The notes beneath the pieces were generated by a model. The model was not told where the DNA came from, did not search any database, and was given only the letters and a program-made list of their open reading frames with translations. Below, in pieces: positions 1 to 10,200 of a stretch of 32,000 bases of DNA. Each line of letters starts with the position of its first letter. Position 1 is the stretch's first letter. Source of the DNA: Flavobacteriaceae bacterium (GTDB lineage Bacteria > Bacteroidota > Bacteroidia > Flavobacteriales > Flavobacteriaceae); assembly GCA_965224465.1 (NCBI GenBank), contig OZ245049.1:3420001-3452000 (forward strand), given 5' to 3'. A program made the position numbers and the translations under genes.

Positions 1-717
1 GGAGATAAAAGCAAAGATATAAATGGTGACTTACAAAACCTACAAGACTATTTAAATACTCAATCTTTAAATCAAGCTTTATTACAATGTAGTATTGGTA
101 AGGTTTATGATGTTATTATAGATGAAGATAAATGGATAACTAATGACTTAATTATAGATGAAGGGTGTATATTTAAAGATGTAGAAATTTTAGAGAAATT
201 GGATAAGGAATTTAAAAAACAACACCCTAAACAAGCTAAAAAAAGAGGTTTAGTTTTATTCTTATCTCCTTTAAGAAAAGAAGGTGCTGGAGGAGAAGGA
301 GAAATTAGTGAGATAGATGCAAAAAGGTTAGTGATTTATCAATCAAATTTATGGGATAAAGAAAGTTTTGCCCACGAAATCTCACACGTTTTAGGATTGA
401 CACATTCATTTCAGAAAAAGATGTCTACAGAGGATGTTTTTATTATGAATAGATTTATTAAGAAAGTAGACGATGATCTTAATTATATGATTAAAAATAA
501 TGACCCTCAAAATCAAATTGCAGATGAATGGAGTACACGTAAAGATAGATATAAAGAATATAGAGTGTATTTAAACACCTATTATAAAAACCCTTATCTT
601 TTTGAAAAAACAAAAACTGAAAATATCATGGATTATGAAAATATCAGAAAATCTTTTTGGAAATACCAATGGGAATCAATGCAAGATGATATAGTTAAGT
701 TTTATAATGTTAAATAA
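1..717 (+). CDS. Partial CDS (5' end outside window): metzincin-like zinc metallopeptidase C-terminal domain, candidate polymorphic-toxin C-terminal domain
   Basis: Frame 1 has no stop codon from nt 1 to the TAA at 715-717, so the TTG at 199 in the ORF track is probably internal. HEISHVLGLTH fits the HExxHxxGxxH zinc motif, and NIMDY downstream resembles a Met-turn. Confidence 0.7.
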   Translation, partial: GDKSKDINGDLQNLQDYLNTQSLNQALLQCSIGKVYDVIIDEDKWITNDLIIDEGCIFKDVEILEKLDKEFKKQHPKQAKKRGLVLFLSPLRKEGAGGEGEISEIDAKRLVIYQSNLWDKESFAHEISHVLGLTHSFQKKMSTEDVFIMNRFIKKVDDDLNYMIKNNDPQNQIADEWSTRKDRYKEYRVYLNTYYKNPYLFEKTKTENIMDYENIRKSFWKYQWESMQDDIVKFYNVK

Positions 718-720
718 GCA

Positions 721-1347
721 ATGAAAAAAACAATAACCTTAATACTATTAGCACTTTATATTAATTCCTTTGGTCAAAAACTAATGGTAAAACCGCCTAT
801 TCCTATTACTCCAATAAGTTCTTTAGAATTAAAAACAAGTATTAAATTAGGTAAAGAGTTATCTTTTTTAATTAAAGAAAAGAAAACAATTAGAAATGGA
901 GAGTATATAGTAATGGTTAGGAAAAAAAAAGAAAAAAAATCCATCCCTTATAAGTATATAAAGAATAATGAGGGAAATGACACTCCAAATTATGGACTTA
1001 AAGGAATAGGAACTAATATATATTTACAAGGCAAGTTTTTTAAAGGCTATAAAAATGGTTTCTGGAAAACTACATATAAAAACAAATTAGTAAAAACCAT
1101 AAATTATAATCATGGTTTAGTTATTGGTAGATACAGAGTTTACAATTTAAAAGGAAATATACTATATAAAACTACATTTGGTACTAAAGGTAATGGTAGG
1201 TTTGAAGATTATTATTACAAAACTGGTCTTTTAAAACAAGAAGGTAATTTCAGAAACGGAAAAAAACAAGGAGAATGGTGCGATTATGATGAACAGGGAA
1301 ATACTAAAAAAATAACTTATTACGAAAATGGAACTCCAGTAAAATAA
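721..1347 (+). CDS. Secreted MORN-repeat-variant / YwqK-family antitoxin-like (immunity-like) protein
   Basis: ATG lies 3 nt after the upstream stop. N-terminal signal peptide MKKTITLILLALYINSFGQ. Repeated G-x-aromatic-x-x-G-x-K-x-G-x-W units (GKFFKGYKNGFWKT, GNFRNGKKQGEWCDYDEQG, YYENG). Confidence 0.75.
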   Translation: MKKTITLILLALYINSFGQKLMVKPPIPITPISSLELKTSIKLGKELSFLIKEKKTIRNGEYIVMVRKKKEKKSIPYKYIKNNEGNDTPNYGLKGIGTNIYLQGKFFKGYKNGFWKTTYKNKLVKTINYNHGLVIGRYRVYNLKGNILYKTTFGTKGNGRFEDYYYKTGLLKQEGNFRNGKKQGEWCDYDEQGNTKKITYYENGTPVK

Positions 1348-1427
1348 GGTCCTGCAGCTAATAACCAATGGTATATACGACGCTTAGGTTTAAATGTGAA
1401 CGCCTTAGTAATTAAAGGTTTAAGTTT

Positions 1428-1721
1428 ATGGAGAAAATAACTCTCCTAATAACTTTTTTAATCTATTGTGTTATGATTAAAGCGCAGAGTACTGATACAA
1501 TAAAATCAGAAGACAATATAGTAAGCGCTAAACGTTATCAACTCTATGTTGTTTAAAAGGGCTCTTTAAAAAGGGAAATAGCTGTTTTTTGGAATAGTAA
1601 AAAAGAAGATTACAGTTATGTAAGCAGTGGATTAATTATATGTTATAGAAATCTTCATAAGTTTAAACAAAGAGGAATGGAAAATTTCATGGATTACACA
1701 AGTGGTAAGAAAAGGACTTGA
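1428..1721 (+). pseudogene. Decayed small secreted-protein ORF with one in-frame TAA (possible orphan immunity gene remnant)
   Basis: ATG at 1428 encodes signal-peptide-like MEKITLLITFLIYCVMIKAQ. TAA at 1554-1556 interrupts the frame, which then stays open to TGA at 1719-1721 (KGSLKREIAVFWNSKKEDYSYVSSGL...). Confidence 0.4.
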
Positions 1722-1739
1722 AGCAACAAGAAAAGTAAT
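1699..1739 (+). repeat. 41-bp direct repeat, copy 1 (cassette junction)
   Basis: CAAGTGGTAAGAAAAGGACTTGAAGCAACAAGAAAAGTAAT matches 3962-4002 with one mismatch. Both copies encode QVVRKGLEATRKVI in the same relative frame. Confidence 0.9.
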
Positions 1740-1790
1740 CAACAGATGGAATAACAGCAAAGATTATCAATGGGAATTATTACCTATTTC
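1702..1790 (+). pseudogene. 5' part of a small ORF interrupted by the IS256-family insertion
   Basis: GTG at 1702 (frame open from 1636) reads VVRKGLEATRKVINRWNNSKDYQWELLPI up to the insertion point. Inside the IS it stops after 3 codons. Confidence 0.5.
1783..1790. repeat. Target-site duplication (left) of the IS256-family element
   Basis: CCTATTTC lies directly outside the left inverted repeat and is identical to 3206-3213. Confidence 0.85.
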
Positions 1791-1831
1791 GGTTGTGTAA
1801 TTTAAACTCTGTCTGCTTGTTTTTTTCTACG

Positions 1832-1891
1832 TTTTAAAATAGTTCGATTTTCTCTTCATAAGGCTGCTTTAAAAATCGAACTATTTTAAAA
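1832..1891 (-). terminator. Long perfect hairpin inside the IS, downstream of the transposase stop
   Basis: 19-bp perfect arms, TTTTAAAATAGTTCGATTT at 1832-1850 and AAATCGAACTATTTTAAAA at 1873-1891, with a 22-nt loop. It lies 20 nt past the transposase stop on the minus strand. A terminator role is inferred. Confidence 0.45.
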
Positions 1892-1910
1892 TGAGCCCCA
1901 GCGGCTAGCG

Positions 1911-3143
1911 TCACGAACTGCTTCCGTTTTTATGTAAATCCAACGTTATTCGATCTTCAAATTTAATATATAATTGTTGAATTGTCAAGCACCAATTATG
2001 TAAAGGGTTTGTCCATTTTTTTTCGATATTTTTTGTTGCTAAGTAAACAAGCTTCAATAGTGCCATATCACTGGTAAAAGCCCCTTTTGTTTTAGTTACT
2101 TTTCTTACCTGTCTATGAAAACCTTCTACTGCATTTGTTGTGTAAATTATTTTTCTGATAGGTTCTGTATACTGAAAAAACTGAGATAACTCTTCCCAAT
2201 TACGGTTCCAGCTTTCTAAAACTACAGGGTATTTTTCTCCCCATTTTTCTTCTAATTTCAATAACTCCAACTCAGCAATATCTTTATTAACTGCCTTGTA
2301 AACAAGCTTTAAATCTCGAATAAATTCTTTTTGATCTTTGGAAGCTATATACTTTAAAGAATTACGAATTTGATGAACAATACACTTTTGAATTTGTGTT
2401 TTAGGAAATACACTCAAGATAGCTTCTGAAAACCCTTTTAAGTTGTCTGTACAGGCAATTAGGATATCCTTAAGCCCTCTGTTATTAAGGTCTGTCAATA
2501 CTTGAAGCCAAAAATTTGCGCCTTCACTTTCTGAAATATACATTCCTAAAACCTCTTTTATCCCTTCTTTATTTACTCCTAAAACATTGTAAAGTGCTTT
2601 GTGTTGTATTTTACCGTCTACTTTTACCTTGTAATGCATAGCGTCAAGCCAAACAATGCAGTACATCTGTTCTACTGGACGACTTTGCCATTGTTTTATA
2701 TCGGGTATGATCTTATCTGTAATTTGACTTAAAACAGTGTGTGATATATCTGTATCATACATCTCTTTTATATGACCAGAAATATCGCGTAAGCTCATTC
2801 CTAAGCCATATAATCCAATGATCTTATCTGATAAATTATCTGCTAAAATGGTTTGACGCTTTTTTATCAGAACAGGCTCGAAACTACTATTTCTATCCGC
2901 TGGCGTACTTATTTCAAAACTACCAATACTAGTTTTAACAGTCTTTTTGCCCTTTCCGTTACGTTTATTCCCTTTAGAACGTTCCTCTTCACTAAGGTGT
3001 GATTCCATTTCTGCTTCCAATGCTTTCTCAAGAAATTGTTTCATTAAAGGAGCAAAGGCACCTTCTTTTCCGAATAAACTTTTTCCTGATAATAATTGAT
3101 CCAATGCCTTTTTTTCAATGTTGGCTAACTCGTCTTTTGTCAT
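1911..3143 (-). CDS. IS256-family (mutator-type) transposase
   Basis: 410-aa ORF with the typical family layout: NGKGKKTVKTSIGSFEISTPADRNSSFEPVLIKKRQ, WLDAMHYKVK, ACTDNLKGFSEAI, QKCIVHQIRNS, YTTNAVEGFHRQVRKVTK. Confidence 0.95.
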   Translation of the reverse strand: MTKDELANIEKKALDQLLSGKSLFGKEGAFAPLMKQFLEKALEAEMESHLSEEERSKGNKRNGKGKKTVKTSIGSFEISTPADRNSSFEPVLIKKRQTILADNLSDKIIGLYGLGMSLRDISGHIKEMYDTDISHTVLSQITDKIIPDIKQWQSRPVEQMYCIVWLDAMHYKVKVDGKIQHKALYNVLGVNKEGIKEVLGMYISESEGANFWLQVLTDLNNRGLKDILIACTDNLKGFSEAILSVFPKTQIQKCIVHQIRNSLKYIASKDQKEFIRDLKLVYKAVNKDIAELELLKLEEKWGEKYPVVLESWNRNWEELSQFFQYTEPIRKIIYTTNAVEGFHRQVRKVTKTKGAFTSDMALLKLVYLATKNIEKKWTNPLHNWCLTIQQLYIKFEDRITLDLHKNGSSS

Positions 3144-3205
3144 GTTTTCTGTTTGAATAAAGTTAATACTTTTTTTTATTCAGACAGAGTTGAGTTTACA
3201 GTCCC

Positions 3206-3213
3206 CCTATTTC
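3206..3213. repeat. Target-site duplication (right) of the IS256-family element
   Basis: CCTATTTC lies directly outside the right inverted repeat and is identical to 1783-1790. Confidence 0.85.
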
Positions 3214-3391
3214 TAGTATAACTGCTAATAAATTACTTCAAGGAGACTTTCAAACTTTTTATGATTTAACTGTATTCAATTTAGAAAATGAAGATAAATC
3301 AACTAAAATTGAAATTTTATATCGTATGACAGAAAACAAGATTAGAAAAAAAGAGATTTGTGTAATTGAAACAATTTTTATAAATGAATAA
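3214..3391 (+). pseudogene. 3' part of the small ORF interrupted by the IS256-family insertion
   Basis: Removing 1791-3213 (IS plus one TSD copy) joins ...ELLPI to SSITANKLLQGDFQTFYDLTVFNLENEDKSTKIEILYRMTENKIRKKEICVIETIFINE in frame, ending at TAA 3389-3391. The restored ORF is 88 aa from the GTG at 1702. It overlaps the next ATG (3384) by 8 nt. Confidence 0.55.
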
Positions 3392-3971
3392 GTTTTTAAT
3401 CCGATTTTCACTGCTATCACTTTTTATTTTTACACACTGTAAAAGTATTGATAATAATATAACAATCACACAAAAAGAAGCTTCTCAAGAGATAATTCTT
3501 AGAACAGCAAAAGATGTTAAGAATTATGTCATACGAATACAGTTCCCAAAAGAAATAATAATATCTAATAATTCATTATATACATTTGATATACTAAGTT
3601 TACATTATATGTATAATAATATCCCTTCTAACAGAAATCTAGATTTAGGTTTATATATAACTGAAAATGACACATTAAAAATGATAATGAATAATAAGAG
3701 CAAATTGATTTTTCCAAAAAAAGAATTGCGTTTTATTATTTATTCAAGACATTTTGTAGACGATACGAAATCAATACAAGAAGAATTTAAACCTTATATA
3801 CAAAAAATGCTTGCACAAAATAAAGACACATTACATATTGGTACAGTACAAGAGTTTAAGAAAAAACATAAAAAATTATTTGAGCTATTTACCAAAAATG
3901 ACAGTCTTTCAATACAGTTCTTAGAAAAGTATAAATTCGGAGAATTAATAACTATTCCTCTCAAGTGGTAA
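3384..3971 (+). CDS. Hypothetical lipoprotein (possible orphan immunity protein)
   Basis: 195-aa ORF. Lipoprotein-type signal MNKFLIRFSLLSLFIFTHC with Cys19. No recognisable catalytic motif. It sits within the toxin/immunity-like array. Confidence 0.65.
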   Translation: MNKFLIRFSLLSLFIFTHCKSIDNNITITQKEASQEIILRTAKDVKNYVIRIQFPKEIIISNNSLYTFDILSLHYMYNNIPSNRNLDLGLYITENDTLKMIMNNKSKLIFPKKELRFIIYSRHFVDDTKSIQEEFKPYIQKMLAQNKDTLHIGTVQEFKKKHKKLFELFTKNDSLSIQFLEKYKFGELITIPLKW

Positions 3972-4002
3972 GAAAAGGACTTGAAGCAACAAGGAAAGTA
4001 AT
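3962..4002 (+). repeat. 41-bp direct repeat, copy 2 (cassette junction)
   Basis: Matches 1699-1739 with one mismatch. From the GTG at 3965 it opens only a 24-aa stub (VVRKGLEATRKVIIDLISFDDRTK, stop at 4037-4039). Confidence 0.9.
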
Positions 4003-4183
4003 TATAGATTTGATTTCTTTTGATGACAGAACTAAATAAAAAACATGTTTTCTATTATAGAGTAACTTTTTTCACGAATGTACATTTTATACAATTTTTG
4101 GTGTGGAGCCAATGGAATTATTTTTAGTCAATAAAACTTCAAATATCACGGAAAACAGGGGGTAATAAATGACATTACTTTTT

Positions 4184-4191
4184 TAGTTTTG
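4184..4191 (+). promoter_or_regulatory. Candidate Bacteroidota -7 promoter box (TAnnTTTG) upstream of the giant surface-protein gene
   Basis: TAGTTTTG lies 46 nt upstream of the ATG at 4238. No convincing -33 TTTG at canonical spacing. Confidence 0.3.
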
Positions 4192-4237
4192 CGAACAGAT
4201 AATTGGAAAAACTTCCAGTTGATAAGAATCGATTTAT

Positions 4238-7200
4238 ATGTCCCCACTCCTAGATGTAAAAACAGTGTTTAAAAGCTGTAAAACCCTTTTATACCTACTG
4301 TTATTTTGCTTTTTTTTTAATGTAGATAACTCCTTTGCACAGCAATGCCCAAACATTCCCATTTCAGAGTTGGTTTTCTCTAAGGGTTTCGAAATAGAAG
4401 AAGACGCGAGAGGTAATGGCTTTGGTAGGTCTATTGATACTGCTGGAGATATAAATGGGGATGGTATTACTGATTTTATTATTGGAGCGCCTAAGGAAGG
4501 ACTTAGTGATCTTGCAAGGACATTTGTTGTTTTTGGGAAGGATAATATCAATATTGAGACTTTTAATGTCAGTACCTTAAATGGGAGCAATGGTTTTGAA
4601 ATAGTTGCGACAAATGAAAATGAATCATTGGGTTTTTCCGTGAGTACTGCGGGGGATTTTAATGGAGATGGTATAGCGGATTTAATACTTGGTATGCCCA
4701 AAGATAGTAATAGTAGCGCAGTTGTAGCATCAGGAAAGATTGTTGTAGTTTATGGTTCTACAAATCCTTTTCCTGCCAGCCTTTCTGTTTCGGACATTAC
4801 CGGGGCTAATGGTTTTATTATCCAAGGACAACAAGCAGATGGCAATGATGGTTTTGGGACACTTGTAAATGAATTAGGGGATGTAAATAAAGATGGATTT
4901 GGTGATATTGGTGTTACCGCTCCTAAATTATCAGCAAATGGTAAACGGGGTAGAATTTATGTTGTTTTTGGACAGTCTAGTTTTGCTGCTACTTCTAAAA
5001 TTTCGGATTTGCCTGCGGATAAGATGTTTTATATCGATAATTTAGACACAGATATTGCTGCGAATGTTTCCTCCTTAAACGATTTTAACGGTGATGGTAT
5101 AGATGATGTCATACTTAGTTTTTCGGAATCCAATGCCAATCCTGTGGGTTCAAAATACAAAGAGGGAAATGTATATGTTGTTTTTGGGAAACAATCAAGT
5201 TTTGGTTCTTTTCTAGATCTTAATGTATTAAATGGGAGCAATGGTTTTTCAATTTACGGGCTTAATGGATATGATAATTTAGGGGCTAGTATTGGAGGAT
5301 TAGACATTAATGGAGATGGTATTTCAGATGCTGTTATAGGAGCCTCTGGATTTGATGGTCCAGTGAATTACTCGGTAGGAAGAGTTTATACTATTTTTGG
5401 TTCTACTTCTTTATTTCCTTCTGTTTTTGATTTGAATACATTGAATGGAACCAATGGTTTTGTTATTTCAGGGGATGTTTCAAATGCGAAAATTGGGATG
5501 TCTATTGCAAATGCGGGGGATTATAATAATGATGCTATCGATGATGTAGTTTTTGGATCCAATGCAAAAGGGGGCGTAGATACGTATGGAGCGATGTATG
5601 TGTTGTTTGGTAAAAATACGTCCTGGGATGCAGAAATTAATGTTTCTGATTTTACAGGAAGCTTAGGGATAGAGATATATAATGATATTTTATATGGAGG
5701 GCGTTATGACTTTTCTAATGGTGTTGCAGGTCTTGGAGATATTAATAATGATGGGTTCTCTGATATTGCTGCCGGACTTCCGTTATTTAAGAGAAAAGGG
5801 AGGGCTTTTGTAAGTTTCGGACAAAGTGCAAATTATGTTGATAATGCACTGCCAGAAATAACAACCTGTCCAACAAATATTGCGTTATTTATCAATAGTA
5901 CGATCCCTAATTTTATCTATAAGATTAAAGCCTCAGATAATTGTACGGATGCCAACGATTTGATTTATAAGCAAATTCCTATTCAAGGAACTCCGTTTAC
6001 TGGGGATACCACGGTACGTATTACTGTAGAAGATGAAAAAGGGAATGTTAGTATTCCCTGTACCGTAACTCTCTCTCTAAAACCTGCACCAACGCCTCTA
6101 GATTGTACGAGTAATGTTTTTTCTGTCTCTAATTTAAATGGTGCTAACGGGTTTTATATCAATGGAAATGATCCCATTGGTGAGTTCGGAAAATCGGTGA
6201 GTAATGCCGGTGATTTTAACGGAGATGGATTCGACGATTTTATAGTGACAGCCCCTGGAGAGTATACTAAAAGACGAGGGGTTGCCTATGTAATATACGG
6301 GAAAGCAAGTGGTTTTTCACCTAATTTTGATGTTTCCTTAATTACAGCGGCTACTGGAATCATACTTACAGGTAGTAATCCAGACAGGCATCATTCTTTA
6401 GGTGTTTTTGCTTCTAGTGCAGGTGATATTAATGGTGATGGAATAGACGATATAATGATAGGAGATCCCTATGTGTCTGTTTCAGGACGGAGGGAGCCAG
6501 GGGAAACCTTTGTGGTTTTTGGTAGAACTAATCCGTTACCTTCGTTAGATCTTATGCTCCTTGATGGGACAGATGGCTTTATTATAAGAGGGGATGTTGC
6601 ATGGGATAGAATTGGTGAAGGACTTAGTTTTGGAGGTGATATTAATAATGATGGAATTGATGATATTGTATTGGGTGCCCCTGGAATAGATGTCTTTGCA
6701 AAAGATTCAGGTGCATGTGTCGTTATATTTGGTAAAAATGGAGCTTTTGATCCCGTTATCGAAACTTCAGACATCAATGGAATTAATGGTTTTTTTATAA
6801 CCGGAATTGAAGAGAATGATACCATTGGAAACCTGCCAACATGGTTAGGTGATGTGAATGGAGATGGAATTGACGATTTTGGTTTTACTTCTAGGTATCT
6901 TAAAAAAGCATTTGTTGTTTTTGGAAAATCAAGTCCTTTTGATAAAACGATGACTATTGATGAATTAACAGGGGTAAATGGATTCACCATCGATTTTGGC
7001 GGGTTTCCAGAAAGTCTGTATGGAGGAATTTCTGGTATAGGAGATGTGAATGCAGATGGTATAAACGATTTCTGTATCGCGTCTAAATTTGTGCTTTTTG
7101 GGAAAAATACTGGATATGATAGGTTGGAATCTATAGCTGATCTAAATGGAACGAATGGTTTTGTTCTTAAAACGAAAGCCAAAAAAGTGTCCAGAGCAGG

Positions 7201-10200
7201 TGATTTTAACGGTGATGGGAAAGATGATTTTTTAATTAGTTATAATAATCGTTCCTTGTATGTTGTGTTTGGTGCAACAGTTTGGGGAAGTGAACTTGAT
7301 TATACAGGGGCGTCTTTTAAAAGCCAACATGGGATTGTTATTCGTGGAATGAGATTCTCTTCTTTCTTTTATGCGGGAGATATCAATAAAGATAATTATA
7401 GTGACCTAGTAATGGGGTATTTTATAGGGTACAATCGCGATGAAGTTTATGGATTTCCTGGTGATGGTCATGTCGTATTCGGATTCAATATTCAAGACAC
7501 CGAAAAGCCTGTTTTTACAAGTTGTTTATCAGCTCAAACATTAAACATTGGTGACCTACTGCCAGATTATACAAGTCAGGTAGTTGTGAACGATAATTGT
7601 GATAACAATCCTAGCATTACACAAAGTCCTCTTGCAGGAACTGCCTATGCAAATGGTATGTTGGTGACCATTACGGCCAAAGATGCTTCGGGGAATAGCA
7701 ATACCTGTTCGGTTACAATAACGGATAATCTTGATACGGAAAAACCTATAATTACACGCTGTGTTTCGGATCAAGTGGTTTCCTGTACAAGCACTGTTTT
7801 GTTAGATTATACAAATGATGTACTCGCTACTGATAATAGGGATGTGTTTGCAGACTTAGTAATTAGCCAAAGCCCAAGTGCGGGAGCTGCCTTTGTGGAG
7901 GGGATGTCAATAGAAATAAAAGTGACAGATGCTTCGGGTAATTTTGAACTGTGTCATTTTAAAATAACATCTCAAGACACCGAAAAGCCTGTTTTTACAA
8001 GTTGTTTATCAGCTCAAACATTAAACATTGGTGACCTACTGCCAGATTATACAAGTCAGGTAGTTGTGAACGATAATTGTGATAACAATCCTAGCATTAC
8101 ACAAAGTCCTCTTGCAGGAACTGCCTATGCAAATGGTATGTTGGTGACCATTACGGCCAAAGATGCTTCGGGGAATAGCAATACCTGTTCGGTTACAATA
8201 ACGGATAATCTTGATACGGAAAAACCTATAATTACACGCTGTGTTTCGGATCAAGTGGTTTCCTGTACAAGCACTGTTTTGTTAGATTATACAAATGATG
8301 TACTCGCTACTGACAATAGGGATGCTTTTGCAGACTTAGTAATTAGCCAAAGCCCAAGTGCGGGAGCTGCCTTTGTGGAGGGGATGTCAATAGAAATAAA
8401 AGTGACAGATGCTTCGGGTAATTTTGAACTGTGTCATTTTAAAATAACATCTCAAGACACCGAAAAGCCTGTTTTTACAAGTTGTTTATCAGCTCAAACA
8501 TTAAACATTGGTGACCTACTACCAGATTATACAAGTCAGGTAGTTGTGAACGATAATTGTGATAACAATCCTAGCATTACACAAAGTCCTCTTGCAGGAA
8601 CTGCCTATGCAAATGGTATGTTGGTGACCATTACGGCCAAAGATGCTTCGGGGAATAGCAATACCTGTTCGGTTACAATAACGGATAATCTTGATACGGA
8701 AAAACCTATAATTACACGCTGTGTTTCGGATCAAGTGGTTTCCTGTACAAGCACTGTTTTGTTAGATTATACAAATGATGTACTCGCTACTGATAATAGG
8801 GATGTGTTTGCAGACTTAGTAATTAGCCAAAGCCCAAGTGCGGGAGCTGCCTTTGTGGAGGGGATGTCAATAGAAATAAAAGTGACAGATGCTTCGGGTA
8901 ATTTTGAACTGTGTCATTTTAAAATAACATCTCAAGACACCGAAAAGCCTGTTTTTACAAGTTGTTTATCAGCTCAAACATTAAACATTGGTGACCTACT
9001 GCCAGATTATACAAGTCAGGTAGTTGTGAACGATAATTGTGATAACAATCCTAGCATTACACAAAGTCCTCTTGCAGGAACTGCCTATGCAAATGGTATG
9101 TTGGTGACCATTACGGCCAAAGATGCTTCGGGGAATAGCAATACCTGTTCGGTTACAATAACGGATAATCTTGATACGGAAAAACCTATAATTACACGCT
9201 GTGTTTCGGATCAAGTGGTTTCCTGTACAAGCACTGTTTTGTTAGATTATACAAATGATGTACTCGCTACTGACAATAGGGATGCTTTTGCAGACTTAGT
9301 AATTAGCCAAAGCCCAAGTGCGGGAGCTGCCTTTGTGGAAGGGATGTCAATAGAAATAAAAGTGACAGATGCCTCAGGTAATTTTGAAGTGTGTTATTTT
9401 AAAATAACTTCTCAAGACACCGAAAAGCCTATTTTTACAAGTTGTTTATCAGCTCAAACATTAAACATTGGTGACCTACTGCCAGATTATACAAGTCAGG
9501 TAGTTGTGAGCGATAATTGTGATAACAATCCAAGCATTACACAAAGTCCTCTTGCAGGAACTGCCTATACAAACGGTATGTTGGTGACCATTACAGCCAA
9601 AGATGCTTCGGGGAATAGCAATACCTGTTCGGTTACAATAACGGATAATCTTGATACGGAAAAACCTATAATTACACGCTGTGTTTCGGATCAAGTGGTT
9701 TCCTGTACAAGCACTGTTTTGTTAGATTATACAAACGATGTACTCGCCACTGATAATAGGGATGCGTTTGCAGACTTAGTAATTATCCAAAGCCCAAGTG
9801 CAGGAACTGCCTTTGTGGAAGGGATGCTAATTTATATATCGGTTATGGATGCGAGTGGCAATGTTTCATCTTGTGATTTTAGGATTGATAAATTAACTGT
9901 TGAGGTGTATGCGGGAATGGATGAGAAAATTATAGAAGGAGGATCTGTTATGCTAAATGCTAGTTTAGACAGCGGGACTTATTTATGGAGTCCTTCTACA
10001 GGCTTAAGTGATGTAAACGTATACAATCCAGTAGCAAGTCCGACAGAAACAACTACTTATTTATTGATGTTTGTAAGTGATTTGGGTTGTGAAAGTTTTG
10101 ATGAAATCACAGTACATGTCGAAAAGAAATGGGACAATACAAAATATGGTTTTTCGCCAGATGGAGACGGGGTAAATGAAACTTGGCTAATTGACAAAAT

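Larger units (their letters stand above)
1791..3205 (-). mobile_element. IS256-family insertion sequence (1415 bp)
   Basis: Single transposase ORF. 25-bp imperfect terminal inverted repeats: GGTTGTGTAATTTAAACTCTGTCTG at 1791-1815 versus the reverse complement of 3181-3205, GGGACTGTAAACTCAACTCTGTCTG (19/25 matches). Flanked by the 8-bp direct repeat CCTATTTC. Size, IR length and TSD length fit IS256-family norms. Confidence 0.9.

Noticed and set aside
4234-7182. Long antisense ORFs 4234-4701 (155 aa), 5029-5241 and 6469-7182 (237 aa)
   Set aside because: They lie entirely inside and opposite the FG-GAP region. Their proline/serine-rich, low-complexity translations are the expected antisense product of the repetitive GDxNGDG coding sequence.
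7556-9694. Five nearly identical 71-72-aa minus-strand ORFs (7556, 8036, 8519, 8996, 9476)
   Set aside because: They recur with the same 480-bp period as the plus-strand coding repeats and lie fully antisense to the 2062-aa ORF. They are shadow ORFs of the tandem repeat with no independent support.
7493-9892. CRISPR array or other repeat-spacer structure
   Set aside because: The only regular repeats are the 480-bp in-frame coding units, which have no spacers, and the dispersed 155-bp elements. No short (25-40 bp) repeats with unique spacers were seen anywhere in the window.
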